This document shows positions 36,630-46,057 of a stretch of 64,000 nt of DNA, in pieces (the stretch's first letter is position 1; each line of letters begins with the position of its first letter). The DNA is from a virus (taxonomy: Duplodnaviria > Caudoviricetes): the IMG/VR virus record IMGVR_UViG_2786546882_000003, positions 1-64,000 of that record. One strand, 5' to 3'. Below the pieces are notes generated by a model. The model was given only the letters and a program-made list of their open reading frames with translations. It searched no databases and was not told where the DNA came from. Position numbers and translations under genes: made by a program.

Positions 36630-37076
36630 ATGGCCATTGGAATCATGCCGGAAGGCAACATCGCGTACTGCGCGGAACACAACCTGCAGACAACACAGAA
36701 GCTTTGGTGTTTTTGCGTCGAAGACGGAGAAGAGCCAAACCCAGAGTGCAGCGAATGTGGCGGTGCTGGCTACACACCGATCGTTAAGCGACCCTACGAG
36801 GTCTACATCAACGAGGACAATTTCAGACTGATTTGGAATGACCTCGGTGTTGAACTCGGCGACGGCATGTTCGGGTTGATCCATCCCGTGATGCTCCGGA
36901 GGCGACTGAACAACCCCGAGCTATCCGTAAGGCAACAAGCCGTAAATACGCAACCCGGGGATGCACCTACGATCTTCGGCGGTATTACCCTGAGTCAAGC
37001 CGTCGGGTATTATACGAGGCTTCGGGACATCTGCGACGAGGCAGAGAAACGCGAAGTACATGTTGTCTGGGGTTAG
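36630..37076 (+). CDS. Zn-finger hypothetical protein
   Basis: CFC...CSECGGAG. Confidence 0.7.
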   Translation: MAIGIMPEGNIAYCAEHNLQTTQKLWCFCVEDGEEPNPECSECGGAGYTPIVKRPYEVYINEDNFRLIWNDLGVELGDGMFGLIHPVMLRRRLNNPELSVRQQAVNTQPGDAPTIFGGITLSQAVGYYTRLRDICDEAEKREVHVVWG

Positions 37077-37081
37077 GCAAT

Positions 37082-37570
37082 ATGGACGATTCACAAACAG
37101 TTACGAGGGAACTTGTGGGTAAACAAGAATCGGCCGCTCAGGAGGTCAGAGCCAAGCCGTTTTCTGACATATTCAGAGAATCGCTCGAAGAGCAGTTCGC
37201 TTCTCTCTCCGAGGCCTCGGAGAAAACCGGCGTGTCTCTTTCCGTACTTACCCGCTACAAGAATGGGACTCGGTCGTTGCGGCTTGATACGGTCGAGAAA
37301 GTTTGGCCACACCTTGGCATTCGGCTCGAACCACCGTCATTCGCAGAGACGGTGCGTACGCAAGGTCTACAGAAAGCGGTGATCGAAATGGTGCAGTCTC
37401 TTGCACTCCCGGACTTGGAGCTAGCGCGTCGATGCGGCCTTAATCAACCGACCTTATGGCGATTCCTGCATGGCAAGAACGTCATTAAGCTCGAGGCAAT
37501 GAGCAAGTTGTGGGCGGTGCTTCCGATCCGCGCGTATCGCGGCAAACGTCGCATCGATCTTATTCAATAG
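37082..37570 (+). CDS. tandem XRE-family HTH regulator
   Basis: SEKTGVSLSVLTRYKNG.RSLRLDT and LARRCGLNQPTLWRFLHG. Confidence 0.85.
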   Translation: MDDSQTVTRELVGKQESAAQEVRAKPFSDIFRESLEEQFASLSEASEKTGVSLSVLTRYKNGTRSLRLDTVEKVWPHLGIRLEPPSFAETVRTQGLQKAVIEMVQSLALPDLELARRCGLNQPTLWRFLHGKNVIKLEAMSKLWAVLPIRAYRGKRRIDLIQ

Positions 37571-37661
37571 CGTCATTTGCCGCCATTTGTGCATTTTTGC
37601 TATGCTGGGCATCAGGGGTATTTCTACCTTGATGCCCTTTTTGTTTAGGAGAAACGCACAA

Positions 37662-37865
37662 ATGGCAAATACGTTGCGGAACGTTCAGTTTCCGAATCCA
37701 TCAGGAAGCACGCAGGGGCAGATGCAGGTGTTCGGTGTCGCCACCGGTGCATCACAGCGCGCTAACCGGACTTCCAGCACTCAGCGTGAGTCTGCCTACC
37801 GCGCCCGGAAGGCAAATGCCCGGACTGCGGCTGCAGCGTCTGGCACCATCGACGTCACGCGGTAA
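37662..37865 (+). CDS. small basic protein
   Basis: AGGAG RBS; R/A-rich 67 aa. Confidence 0.65.
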   Translation: MANTLRNVQFPNPSGSTQGQMQVFGVATGASQRANRTSSTQRESAYRARKANARTAAAASGTIDVTR

Positions 37866-37872
37866 TTGATAG

Positions 37873-38646
37873 ATGCCGCGTCGGCCAACACGCGCTAACA
37901 AGCTGCTTAAGCACAGCCCGCTCGAGGTGATCGAGCGGGCTAAATCGCATGGGGTCGAGGAAGTAATCGTCAGCTTTTCCGGCGGCAAAGATGCGATTGT
38001 TACGTTGGATCTCTGCGTTCAACACTTCAAGCGGGTCGAGGCATTCTTTCAATACGTCGTGCCAGGCTTGAGCTACGAAGAGGAGCCGCTGATCTGGGCA
38101 GAACGCACGTACGGCATCAAGATCTTCCGTACGCCTCACTGGGTGCTCAGCCGACTATTCCGCGAGTCGACTTTCAGGCACCCGACGCAAAGATCACGAG
38201 AGATGCCACTCGTGAAGGCTAGGCACGTTGAGAACAACGTACGTAGGCATTTCGGAATCCGATGGATCGCAAGCGGGGAGAAAACTTGCGACAGCCCGCA
38301 ACGAAATGGCTACATCAGGCACAGCAAAGGGGTCGAAGAGAACCGACTTCGGTTCTATCCGGTCGGATACTGGTCCGACACAGCCGTGCTCAGTTACATG
38401 AGTCTTAACAGACTCCCGACCCCCGTGCAGTATCGGATACTCTCTGGAGACAAGCAATTCGGTGGCTTTGGTATGGATTCGATGGCGGCCGTTTACGAGA
38501 AGTTCCCTGAAGACTTTGCGAAGATCCGTAAAGTCTTTCCATTGATCGAGGCTCAAGTTGTCAGACACCGTCTCAAGCAAAAAGCGAAGTCAGTTTCAGA
38601 AGTACCAGACGCAGACCATTCATCGGTCGCAGTTGAAAGAGGCTGA
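37873..38646 (+). CDS. PAPS-reductase-family (PP-loop) protein
   Basis: VSFSGGKDA, G.K..DS..R, FYPVGYW. Confidence 0.88.
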   Translation: MPRRPTRANKLLKHSPLEVIERAKSHGVEEVIVSFSGGKDAIVTLDLCVQHFKRVEAFFQYVVPGLSYEEEPLIWAERTYGIKIFRTPHWVLSRLFRESTFRHPTQRSREMPLVKARHVENNVRRHFGIRWIASGEKTCDSPQRNGYIRHSKGVEENRLRFYPVGYWSDTAVLSYMSLNRLPTPVQYRILSGDKQFGGFGMDSMAAVYEKFPEDFAKIRKVFPLIEAQVVRHRLKQKAKSVSEVPDADHSSVAVERG

Positions 38647-39412
38647 TTACAACCCGCGAAAGATCAACAAGGTCCAGGCCAAACGGCTCAGAGACGGGAT
38701 CAAGATGCACGGGTTGGTTGGCGGGATTATCTGGAACAAGCGGACTGGAAACATCGTTTCCGGCCATCAACGGCTTTCACAGCTCGACGAGCTAGAAGGG
38801 ACGCAGGACTACTCGCTCGATGTCGACGTGATCGACGTGAACGAGAAGCGAGAGCGGGCAATCAACGTTCTGCTCAACAACCACACGGCTCAAGGTGAGT
38901 TTGACGGCGACAAGCTGGCGGAGGTCATTGAGTATTTGCGCGAAGAGCAAATCAGCGTTGAGCAGACTGGCTTCAATATGGCCGATTTGCAGGTCATGCT
39001 CGGGGATGATTTCCTGACCGGCGAGATGGGCGAGCAACGAGATGTCGAGGCTGATGCGATCGCCGCGTTGACAAAGGTGCGCGGCGACAGCAAGGAGAAC
39101 GAGAGCGAGTTCTTCGGCAACGAAAAAGAGTCGATCAGCACTACGGTCCCAACGCCGCCGGTAGAGAAGGACGAGACCGGAGCGCCAATAGGCGAACCAA
39201 AGTCCAACTACAAGGACGAGCTGAAGCAACGCAAGGGTGATCTGCTGGCGGAGAACGCCGAAGAGGAAGACGCAGATTTTGCGGTCACCCTCGTGTTCGA
39301 CAACAACAAGATGTTAGTCAAGTTCTTGTCGCACATCGGTCTGGACGTTGAGAAACGGTATTTCGACCGGTTTGAAGTCGAGACGGCTCTCGGTATTGAT
39401 CTCACCGACTAG
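38558..39412 (+). CDS. ParB/Srx-like N-terminal domain protein
   Basis: YNPRKI, GLVGGIIWN, VSGHQRL. Confidence 0.88.
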   Translation: MSDTVSSKKRSQFQKYQTQTIHRSQLKEADYNPRKINKVQAKRLRDGIKMHGLVGGIIWNKRTGNIVSGHQRLSQLDELEGTQDYSLDVDVIDVNEKRERAINVLLNNHTAQGEFDGDKLAEVIEYLREEQISVEQTGFNMADLQVMLGDDFLTGEMGEQRDVEADAIAALTKVRGDSKENESEFFGNEKESISTTVPTPPVEKDETGAPIGEPKSNYKDELKQRKGDLLAENAEEEDADFAVTLVFDNNKMLVKFLSHIGLDVEKRYFDRFEVETALGIDLTD

Positions 39413-39420
39413 GTGGTGTT

Positions 39421-40218
39421 TTGGAAACGCAACTTCTAGACAAGATGGGGAACGAGATAAAGGTTCCCCCGCGATTCAGCGGAGACGCCAAGAGGTTTGC
39501 CGCTCTTGTCTCTTCGCTGGAGCCACATCACTGCGCTTTCCCTACCGGATATCCGCTTCACCCCGACTCTGGCGAGCCGTGCCGATGCAAGAAGACGTCG
39601 GAAGGTGTCTGCAGGCTTCATAGCGAGAACCTTTTACCGCGCGTCATTAACGACGCACCGAGCGGACGGATTCGTGATGGCCTGATCTCCGCGTTCAAGG
39701 ACTCGCGGCTGACAGATACTCGTCCGAACATCGCGATCGAAGAGTTTCTGCTCAGCGAGCGGATGAAAATGATCGAGAACGGCGAGTCGCGCCGTTTCAT
39801 CGAATATGTCGAATCAGCCACATCTCGGCTTCGAGATTTGTTTGATGCCATGAAGGCGGCAATCAGCGCGGGTGATCAAGAAGAGTTTGCGAATCTGATG
39901 AAGAAGCTCGATCGAGCGATCACCAGCATCAACAAAGTCGTCGACAACCGACACAAGCATCACTCAGCACTTCGGGAGTTGAGCGATGCCAACGGGTCAT
40001 CGATCCGGATGAAAGAGACGGCCAGTCGCATCGCGATTAACGAGCGGCAGGTAATCTCATTCGACACCGCCGTGATCACGATGCGGGAAATGGTCGATCT
40101 GTTTCACTTGGCCGTAAACTCCGTCGTGACCAGCAAACAGGAGCGAAACGAGGTCTATCAGAAACTGTCACACAGCATGTATTCGATCGCCGGTCGCCTA
40201 AAGCCGGAGACTCAATAG
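39421..40218 (+). CDS. probable terminase small subunit
   Basis: Directly upstream of TerL; C...C...CRLH followed by helical region. Confidence 0.55.
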   Translation: METQLLDKMGNEIKVPPRFSGDAKRFAALVSSLEPHHCAFPTGYPLHPDSGEPCRCKKTSEGVCRLHSENLLPRVINDAPSGRIRDGLISAFKDSRLTDTRPNIAIEEFLLSERMKMIENGESRRFIEYVESATSRLRDLFDAMKAAISAGDQEEFANLMKKLDRAITSINKVVDNRHKHHSALRELSDANGSSIRMKETASRIAINERQVISFDTAVITMREMVDLFHLAVNSVVTSKQERNEVYQKLSHSMYSIAGRLKPETQ

Positions 40219-42254
40219 TGTTTCAGAATTTGATTGACGAGGCTCGTCAGGAAACGTCGCAGAACTTCCTGACCAAGAGCCTCGACAGTTTCTACAACAT
40301 CGGCGAAGACGCGCGAGTCGAGCACGCTAGAAAACTGGCCGCAACGGGAAACCCATTTCCGTTGATTGCTCTGCAGTGGCCCGACGACTTGGTCATCAAA
40401 GACAAAAAGCTCGAGCAGTATTTCGAAGGAGAGGTCGGCAACCCAGACAATCCTTGCCTGCGGATCGACCCGTGGCAGCGGTTGGTGATTCGCGCGGCAT
40501 TTGACGTTACTGTCGGTGAGATTGCGATGAAGGGCTGTACGGGGGCCGGAAAAGGCTTCACGTCGGCGATCGTCGCTAATCTCCTGTTTGACGTCTTCAA
40601 TCCATGCCGGATCAATGTGACGTCCGAGACGTTCCGTCACGCCAGTGAGAACCTGTTCGGTGAAATCTCGGTGTGGCGCGACAAGATGTCCAACCCTGGG
40701 CCCGGCAATCTGGTCAGCTGCCAGCTCGGCGACACAAAACGTCACTACATCACCGTCCTAAACCCGAGTCCGCACGGGAAAGGGGAGGCGTTTTCGGGTA
40801 TGCACTCGGAAATGACCGTCTATTTCTTTGACGAGGCATCTGGCGTACCTGAGATCCACTACACGAACGCGTTGAAGAACGCGCGGAAGATCTTCGCGTT
40901 GTCAAACCCGCGTATTACCGAGGGTTGGTTCCGAGACTTGTACCGACCCTTGCGTGGGGAAGGCACAAAGGAGGAGAAGAACGATCGTGAAAACGCGACG
41001 AACTATTGTACTGGTCGGATCGGCCGCCGACTTTGCGTGACCATTCCCGGCGACGCGTGTGCCAATGTTCGATTCGGCCGGATCAAGAACCCGGTAGCTC
41101 CCCGCCGTGGAGTCGTGATCGAAGGGAAAGAGTACGGACCGGCAGAGCGGATCCCAGACGAAGACTTCGAGAAAGTCAAAGCCCTCGTGCCTCGGCAGAT
41201 CGACTTGGAGCAATACCAGTCGATCATCGACACGTCAAAAGAGCCTTGGGAAGTCGAATGCTACGCGCACGCAAGGTTCCCGACGGAAGACCCAGTGCGT
41301 CAGGTCATTCTCGGGTCCAATCTGGAGCGACACGTCGAAGAATACCGAAGACGGGCTGGACGCATTGCCGTAACATGCTTTGGCCTTGACGTGGCCCGGT
41401 CAAAGAGCGGTGACGAAACGATTCTGATGGCAGGCAGTGTTGATGGCGTGGCAAGAAAGCATGCCTGGAAAGATGACGACAACATGCGTCATGTCAAGAA
41501 GATCTTGCGACTTTGTGAATCGGAGTACGGCATCGATCTTCGTGACGGAACCAACCCGATTTGCATCGACTACGCGGGGGGATACGGTGCGGGCGTAGGC
41601 GACCGGCTACAGGAACTTGGCTGTTGGGTGATCAAGTTCCAGCCGGCTGGTCGAGCGGTTGTCGAGACCGGCGGCATTTACGTCAACGCCCGCGCTGAGT
41701 GGTACATGTTGCTAGGCCGTCGTTTTGACCCAAATGACATCTGGCAAGAAAAACCCTGGCCTTTTCCGCCGGACGATGAACTGATCGAAGAGTTGACCAG
41801 TCCCGTCAAATTTCCGGCTCGAGGCGGAACCGCCTGGCAGATCGAGCCAAAGGATGACATCAAGAAACGCCTCGGTCGGTCTCCCGACTCGGCTGACGCT
41901 ATGGTCTGTTTGTACCGAGCCGTGTTCGAGCTCTATGAGCTTGAGAACGTCATGCGACAACACAATGAGTATGAAGTCATTGCGGAGGCAGCCACTTCCG
42001 ATCCAATCGTGTTGGGGCAACATCTTGATAACCCTCGCATCCGCAGAGCAAACGATCCTGTGAAGACGCCGGAAGAGCAAGAGTATGAACGTGTCGACCC
42101 ACCGGTCCGGATGACAGAGGGGATTGAGTCACGTCCGATTGAAGAGATCATCGACGATTTCGCTGACTTTGTCAGCGGATACGAAAGGGGATCGAATCAG
42201 CGGGTAAAGCCTCCGACGTTGGACTTCTTTGATAACGATGGGGACGACTGGTGA
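40218..42254 (+). CDS. terL: terminase large subunit
   Basis: Walker A KGCTGAGKG, Walker B FFDEASG, LSNP, RNase H GLDVAR, SPDSADA. Confidence 0.93.
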   Translation: MFQNLIDEARQETSQNFLTKSLDSFYNIGEDARVEHARKLAATGNPFPLIALQWPDDLVIKDKKLEQYFEGEVGNPDNPCLRIDPWQRLVIRAAFDVTVGEIAMKGCTGAGKGFTSAIVANLLFDVFNPCRINVTSETFRHASENLFGEISVWRDKMSNPGPGNLVSCQLGDTKRHYITVLNPSPHGKGEAFSGMHSEMTVYFFDEASGVPEIHYTNALKNARKIFALSNPRITEGWFRDLYRPLRGEGTKEEKNDRENATNYCTGRIGRRLCVTIPGDACANVRFGRIKNPVAPRRGVVIEGKEYGPAERIPDEDFEKVKALVPRQIDLEQYQSIIDTSKEPWEVECYAHARFPTEDPVRQVILGSNLERHVEEYRRRAGRIAVTCFGLDVARSKSGDETILMAGSVDGVARKHAWKDDDNMRHVKKILRLCESEYGIDLRDGTNPICIDYAGGYGAGVGDRLQELGCWVIKFQPAGRAVVETGGIYVNARAEWYMLLGRRFDPNDIWQEKPWPFPPDDELIEELTSPVKFPARGGTAWQIEPKDDIKKRLGRSPDSADAMVCLYRAVFELYELENVMRQHNEYEVIAEAATSDPIVLGQHLDNPRIRRANDPVKTPEEQEYERVDPPVRMTEGIESRPIEEIIDDFADFVSGYERGSNQRVKPPTLDFFDNDGDDW

Positions 42255-42619
42255 TATTTCGGCGGATTTTAGAACGAATTCGACAGCGGCGCAGGCAGCG
42301 ACAAATCGCCAGAATGAAAAGGTGGAGGGATCAAGACTTCCAGTTCCTCCGGGGCGAATACGTCAAACTCAAATCGCAGTTCAAAGAGTCAGACAGGGTT
42401 CACGAGAGCGAGAAGGCTGTTCTGCGTGATCGTCTGGAGGCGACCGAGCAGCAGTCAGAGAAGACTTCCAGGGAGCTTGAGCTCGCGAAGATGGAGAATC
42501 AACTTCTCGTGAACGTCATCGAACGTGACCGCCGGAGAGTTGAAGCGGAAACTGCTGCAGCGACCAGGAAAATCAGCGACGCGATGACGGGCCTTCTGCG
42601 TGACGACGGTGGTGATTAG
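42251..42619 (+). CDS. coiled-coil hypothetical protein
   Basis: Between TerL and portal, GTGA overlap. Confidence 0.65.
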   Translation: MIFRRILERIRQRRRQRQIARMKRWRDQDFQFLRGEYVKLKSQFKESDRVHESEKAVLRDRLEATEQQSEKTSRELELAKMENQLLVNVIERDRRRVEAETAAATRKISDAMTGLLRDDGGD

Positions 42620-42685
42620 CGCTTTTAGGAGCGGGTGGGCTTAAGCAGTATTCTGTAAAGTTGGCCCCAATCACACGGATAGAAA

Positions 42686-44137
42686 ATGTCGAGTATCACC
42701 CAACACTCTTTGTCGCGCGCTCGCCAACTAAGCGATGGGTATCTAGAAACCATCCATCGTAAACGTGCTGATCGCTCGGGGTCTTCTGGCGGTGCTTACG
42801 AGCAAGTCAGCGGGATCGGTCTGTTTGGCCAGCGGTCGAATTTCTCCAATTCGCGGCAGTTCTATGACGCCTTTCGCGACACAGCGTTTACCGCGATCAG
42901 ACCGGTCGCTACCCGCTTCGCCCAGCAGCCACTCCGTGTTGCCGTAACGCCACGCCGCTCGCAACGGACGAGTTTCAGCTCGATGGTGAAGTCGCTTCGC
43001 GGCGAAGGTTTCATCGGCAGCGGATTCGAGGGCCGGCAGAAGAGCTACCGGCGCGCCATGCCGGAGGCCATCAAGCAAATGCTGCCGCCTGACAGCATCG
43101 TTCTGGATGAGCACATCGTGACGGAGGCCTTCCGGCGCCCGAACATCTGGCACAGCGACTACAGCACTTTGTACAGCGTCGCCGCATCGATGCTGTGTTG
43201 TGGTTCGGCTTTGATTACCTGGGACGAGGAAAACCTCTCGGCCGGCGAGAGCGGAGAAGAGTCCCCCTCCGTGTATTACATTCCAATGCACTGGGTGGAG
43301 CCCAAGGAGAACGTTCTCCAAGGCTGGACGATTACTCCGCCGCACACAGGCGAATCGTTTGATGTCGAGCCTGGCGAATACGTTTACTTCCAGATGCCTG
43401 ACCCCGGGGATCCATTCAACACCGTTTCGCCGATGCGAGCAGCTGCCCGCGCAATTAACACAGCGGACAAGATCCACGACGCCAACTACAACGGCCTCCA
43501 GAACCTAATCAATCCGAGCTACGCGATCGTCGCCGGCAAGATCGAGCAGCCTACCGGTGGCCAGGCCAGGCGGCCGGAACTTCGCGGCGAACAGCGCCGG
43601 AAGCTGACCGAGTTGATTAAACGGTATGCCGCCGGTGTCTTGCGGAACGGTGATCCGATCATCCTCGATGGAATCATCGAAGACGTCAAACCACTCGGTA
43701 CGGTGCAGCGCGACGTCGACTATTCCGGCGGCAATGCGATGACCGAGCGGAAGATCATGCAGGCCTTCGGTGTCAGCCCCGTGGTCGCCGGCTACGCAGA
43801 GAACGCGAACCGGGCGGGATCAAATGTTGCGCACGAAGTGTTCTACGACGTCGTTCTAAACCCACTGCTATTGCAAGCAGGCCGATCTCTCACGCATACG
43901 CTTGGTCCGAAATACTCTACGGATCAGTATCGTGTGACCGTCTACATGGAGTCAGCACAGGTTAACGACCCTGACTCAAAGCTTCGTCGCGTGGCGTTGT
44001 TCAAAGACCGATTGAGTGACCAGGAGGCTCGCCGCTTCATGCGGACAGGTGAGCTCGACATCGAGGATGAGGATAAGACATTTGAGCAAGAAAGGCAGCA
44101 ACGCCAGCGCGAACAGAACAATCCAGTGGGAAGGTAA
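42686..44137 (+). CDS. portal protein (HK97 family)
   Basis: Position; F.RPN, SPMRAA, IMQAFGVSP..G, LNPLL. Confidence 0.9.
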   Translation: MSSITQHSLSRARQLSDGYLETIHRKRADRSGSSGGAYEQVSGIGLFGQRSNFSNSRQFYDAFRDTAFTAIRPVATRFAQQPLRVAVTPRRSQRTSFSSMVKSLRGEGFIGSGFEGRQKSYRRAMPEAIKQMLPPDSIVLDEHIVTEAFRRPNIWHSDYSTLYSVAASMLCCGSALITWDEENLSAGESGEESPSVYYIPMHWVEPKENVLQGWTITPPHTGESFDVEPGEYVYFQMPDPGDPFNTVSPMRAAARAINTADKIHDANYNGLQNLINPSYAIVAGKIEQPTGGQARRPELRGEQRRKLTELIKRYAAGVLRNGDPIILDGIIEDVKPLGTVQRDVDYSGGNAMTERKIMQAFGVSPVVAGYAENANRAGSNVAHEVFYDVVLNPLLLQAGRSLTHTLGPKYSTDQYRVTVYMESAQVNDPDSKLRRVALFKDRLSDQEARRFMRTGELDIEDEDKTFEQERQQRQREQNNPVGR

Positions 44138-44369
44138 TCCCGGCGATCAGTTCTATGAATCCGGTGTGTTTGTCGGCACGCCTGAAGGCGACCTGAACGA
44201 GAGGCGGCAATTGGCTCAGGCCTTACATGGTTTGTATGCCGCGATCACAGAAAACCTTGGCAAAACCGGCAAATACGCGGAGATCGGATTTGCCGTCCAG
44301 ATCGTTGACGGCAAGCTCAAGATCTGCGAGGCGTCAACAAAAAGGACATTCAAGCCAGCAAAAGAATAG
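44082..44369 (+). CDS. hypothetical protein
   Basis: ORF between portal and protease; start uncertain. Confidence 0.5.
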   Translation: MSKKGSNASANRTIQWEGNPGDQFYESGVFVGTPEGDLNERRQLAQALHGLYAAITENLGKTGKYAEIGFAVQIVDGKLKICEASTKRTFKPAKE

Positions 44370-44487
44370 CGCTTTTTGACTTAAGCGTATGACTTTTGCA
44401 AATATCAGATTTGATGCGAATCGCATTTGATCCGAGGTTAGCACAAGCAACCCGGTAGCTGCACCAAGCGGCTGCCGGGTTTTTTCG
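44367..44487 (+). promoter_or_regulatory. late leader A: putative promoter, GCACAAG hairpin and overlapping terminator
   Basis: TAGCGCTTTTTGAC...TGCAAATAT...CGAGGTTAGCACAAGCAACCCG(terminator)CGGGTTTTTT. Confidence 0.85.
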
Positions 44488-44499
44488 TTGGGACATGCT

Positions 44500-46005
44500 A
44501 TGGCACTCATTGACTTGATTAAACACGCACGCAGTGGCAATGGACTCATTGCTACCGCTGCCCCGTATCTCAAGGAAATGCAAGCCTGTTTGAAAGGCGA
44601 AGGTGCCTGCCCAGCGAAACTGTTCGGTCTCGATAGCGCTGATGCCTGGAAGAAGGCTCTGGAAGAGGCCGACGAGAAGCTCACATACTGCGATCCAAAC
44701 GGCGGGATCAAGAGCGTCAAGTCAGAGAAGGCCGAGCTGAGTGAAGGTTCGATCCTCGACTACGACGCGATCCTGTCGACAAGTCAAAAAGACCGAGACG
44801 GTGACATTCTTCGCACAGAGGGCATGCAGCTTGAGCCTGGCATGCCGCTGCTTTGGCAGCACATGTGGAACCAGCCGATCGGCAAGATGCTCAGCATCGT
44901 GGAGCAGAACGACCGCCATGTCGTTTGCAAATACGCCGTTGCTGATACGGAAATGGGACGCGATGCCGCGAAGCTAATCCGCATGGGCGCCCTTCGAAAA
45001 AGTCATGGGTTCATGCCAATCCCCGGCTATTTCGAAATGATCGACGTCGAAAAGTCGGCTGATGGATCAATGACGCCTGCCGGCTATGACATCAAACGCT
45101 GCTCGGTGTACGAGTCCAGTGTCGTGAGCATTCCGGCCAACGCCGGCACACGCATCTTGCGGACCTACGAGAAAGAAGCTTCCGCAATCTTCACGGCGGT
45201 TGAGCAAAAGCAGCTTGAGAGTGAAGTGTTCAGCCGATGGGCCAAGGGCCTGTACGACAACCGTCAGCGGTTCTTCCCTGGAGCCGATTTTGGGCGACTC
45301 GAAAAGATGATGACCGAGATGAAAAAGACGGTCGAGGATATGGTGACTGCCAAGACTCCTGGGCAGAAGGACATGCAGTCCGACAGCCGTCCGAAGTGCA
45401 GCGAGTGTGAAGACGGCTATTGCGATGAAAGCGGCACGTGCGACCACTGCGGTCATGTCATGCCGAAGTCTGGAAAGTCGGCAGGTCAACCCGCGTTCAT
45501 CAAGTCATTTGACGAATCGGTTGCGATGACCAAGTCCTACGGGATGCCAGATTCGCTGCCTGGTTCATTCGAATCCGTTCAACGCGCCCTCAGTCGAAAG
45601 GCTGAAGACTACCTCGAGGATAACGGGGTCGATGTCGGCGACTACGAGTACGTAACCCTGATCGCCACTTTCAGCGACAGTGCGATCGTCTGCAAGCGGA
45701 ACTACCGCAAAGACTCTGAGTACTGTTACCGCCTCATGTGGGAAATGACCGAAGGCAAGCCGGCATTTACCGGCCAGCCCGAGAAGGTCGAGATCGAAGC
45801 CACCGTGGTCAGCAAGGCACTCGACGCCAGCGGCGCCCGCATCAAAGAGATGGGTGCTGACGCCTACGCCAAGAAGCTTGTCAGTTCGGCTTTCGCCGAC
45901 GGCGAGCTGAGCGATGAGACCAAGAAATCAATCAACACGCTCGCGGCGCTGATCAACCAGCCAGAAGAGCAAACCAACCCATTGACCGCTTTGTTTGGCG
46001 GTTAA
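44500..46005 (+). CDS. HK97-type prohead protease with long C-terminal extension
   Basis: DRDGDI, LLWQH..QPIGK, S.GF.P, ESSVVSIPAN. Confidence 0.9.
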   Translation: MALIDLIKHARSGNGLIATAAPYLKEMQACLKGEGACPAKLFGLDSADAWKKALEEADEKLTYCDPNGGIKSVKSEKAELSEGSILDYDAILSTSQKDRDGDILRTEGMQLEPGMPLLWQHMWNQPIGKMLSIVEQNDRHVVCKYAVADTEMGRDAAKLIRMGALRKSHGFMPIPGYFEMIDVEKSADGSMTPAGYDIKRCSVYESSVVSIPANAGTRILRTYEKEASAIFTAVEQKQLESEVFSRWAKGLYDNRQRFFPGADFGRLEKMMTEMKKTVEDMVTAKTPGQKDMQSDSRPKCSECEDGYCDESGTCDHCGHVMPKSGKSAGQPAFIKSFDESVAMTKSYGMPDSLPGSFESVQRALSRKAEDYLEDNGVDVGDYEYVTLIATFSDSAIVCKRNYRKDSEYCYRLMWEMTEGKPAFTGQPEKVEIEATVVSKALDASGARIKEMGADAYAKKLVSSAFADGELSDETKKSINTLAALINQPEEQTNPLTALFGG

Positions 46006-46057
46006 TCACTACCCGTCGCCGACCGCATCATGTTCGGCCGCAAATTAGGAGATCTAC

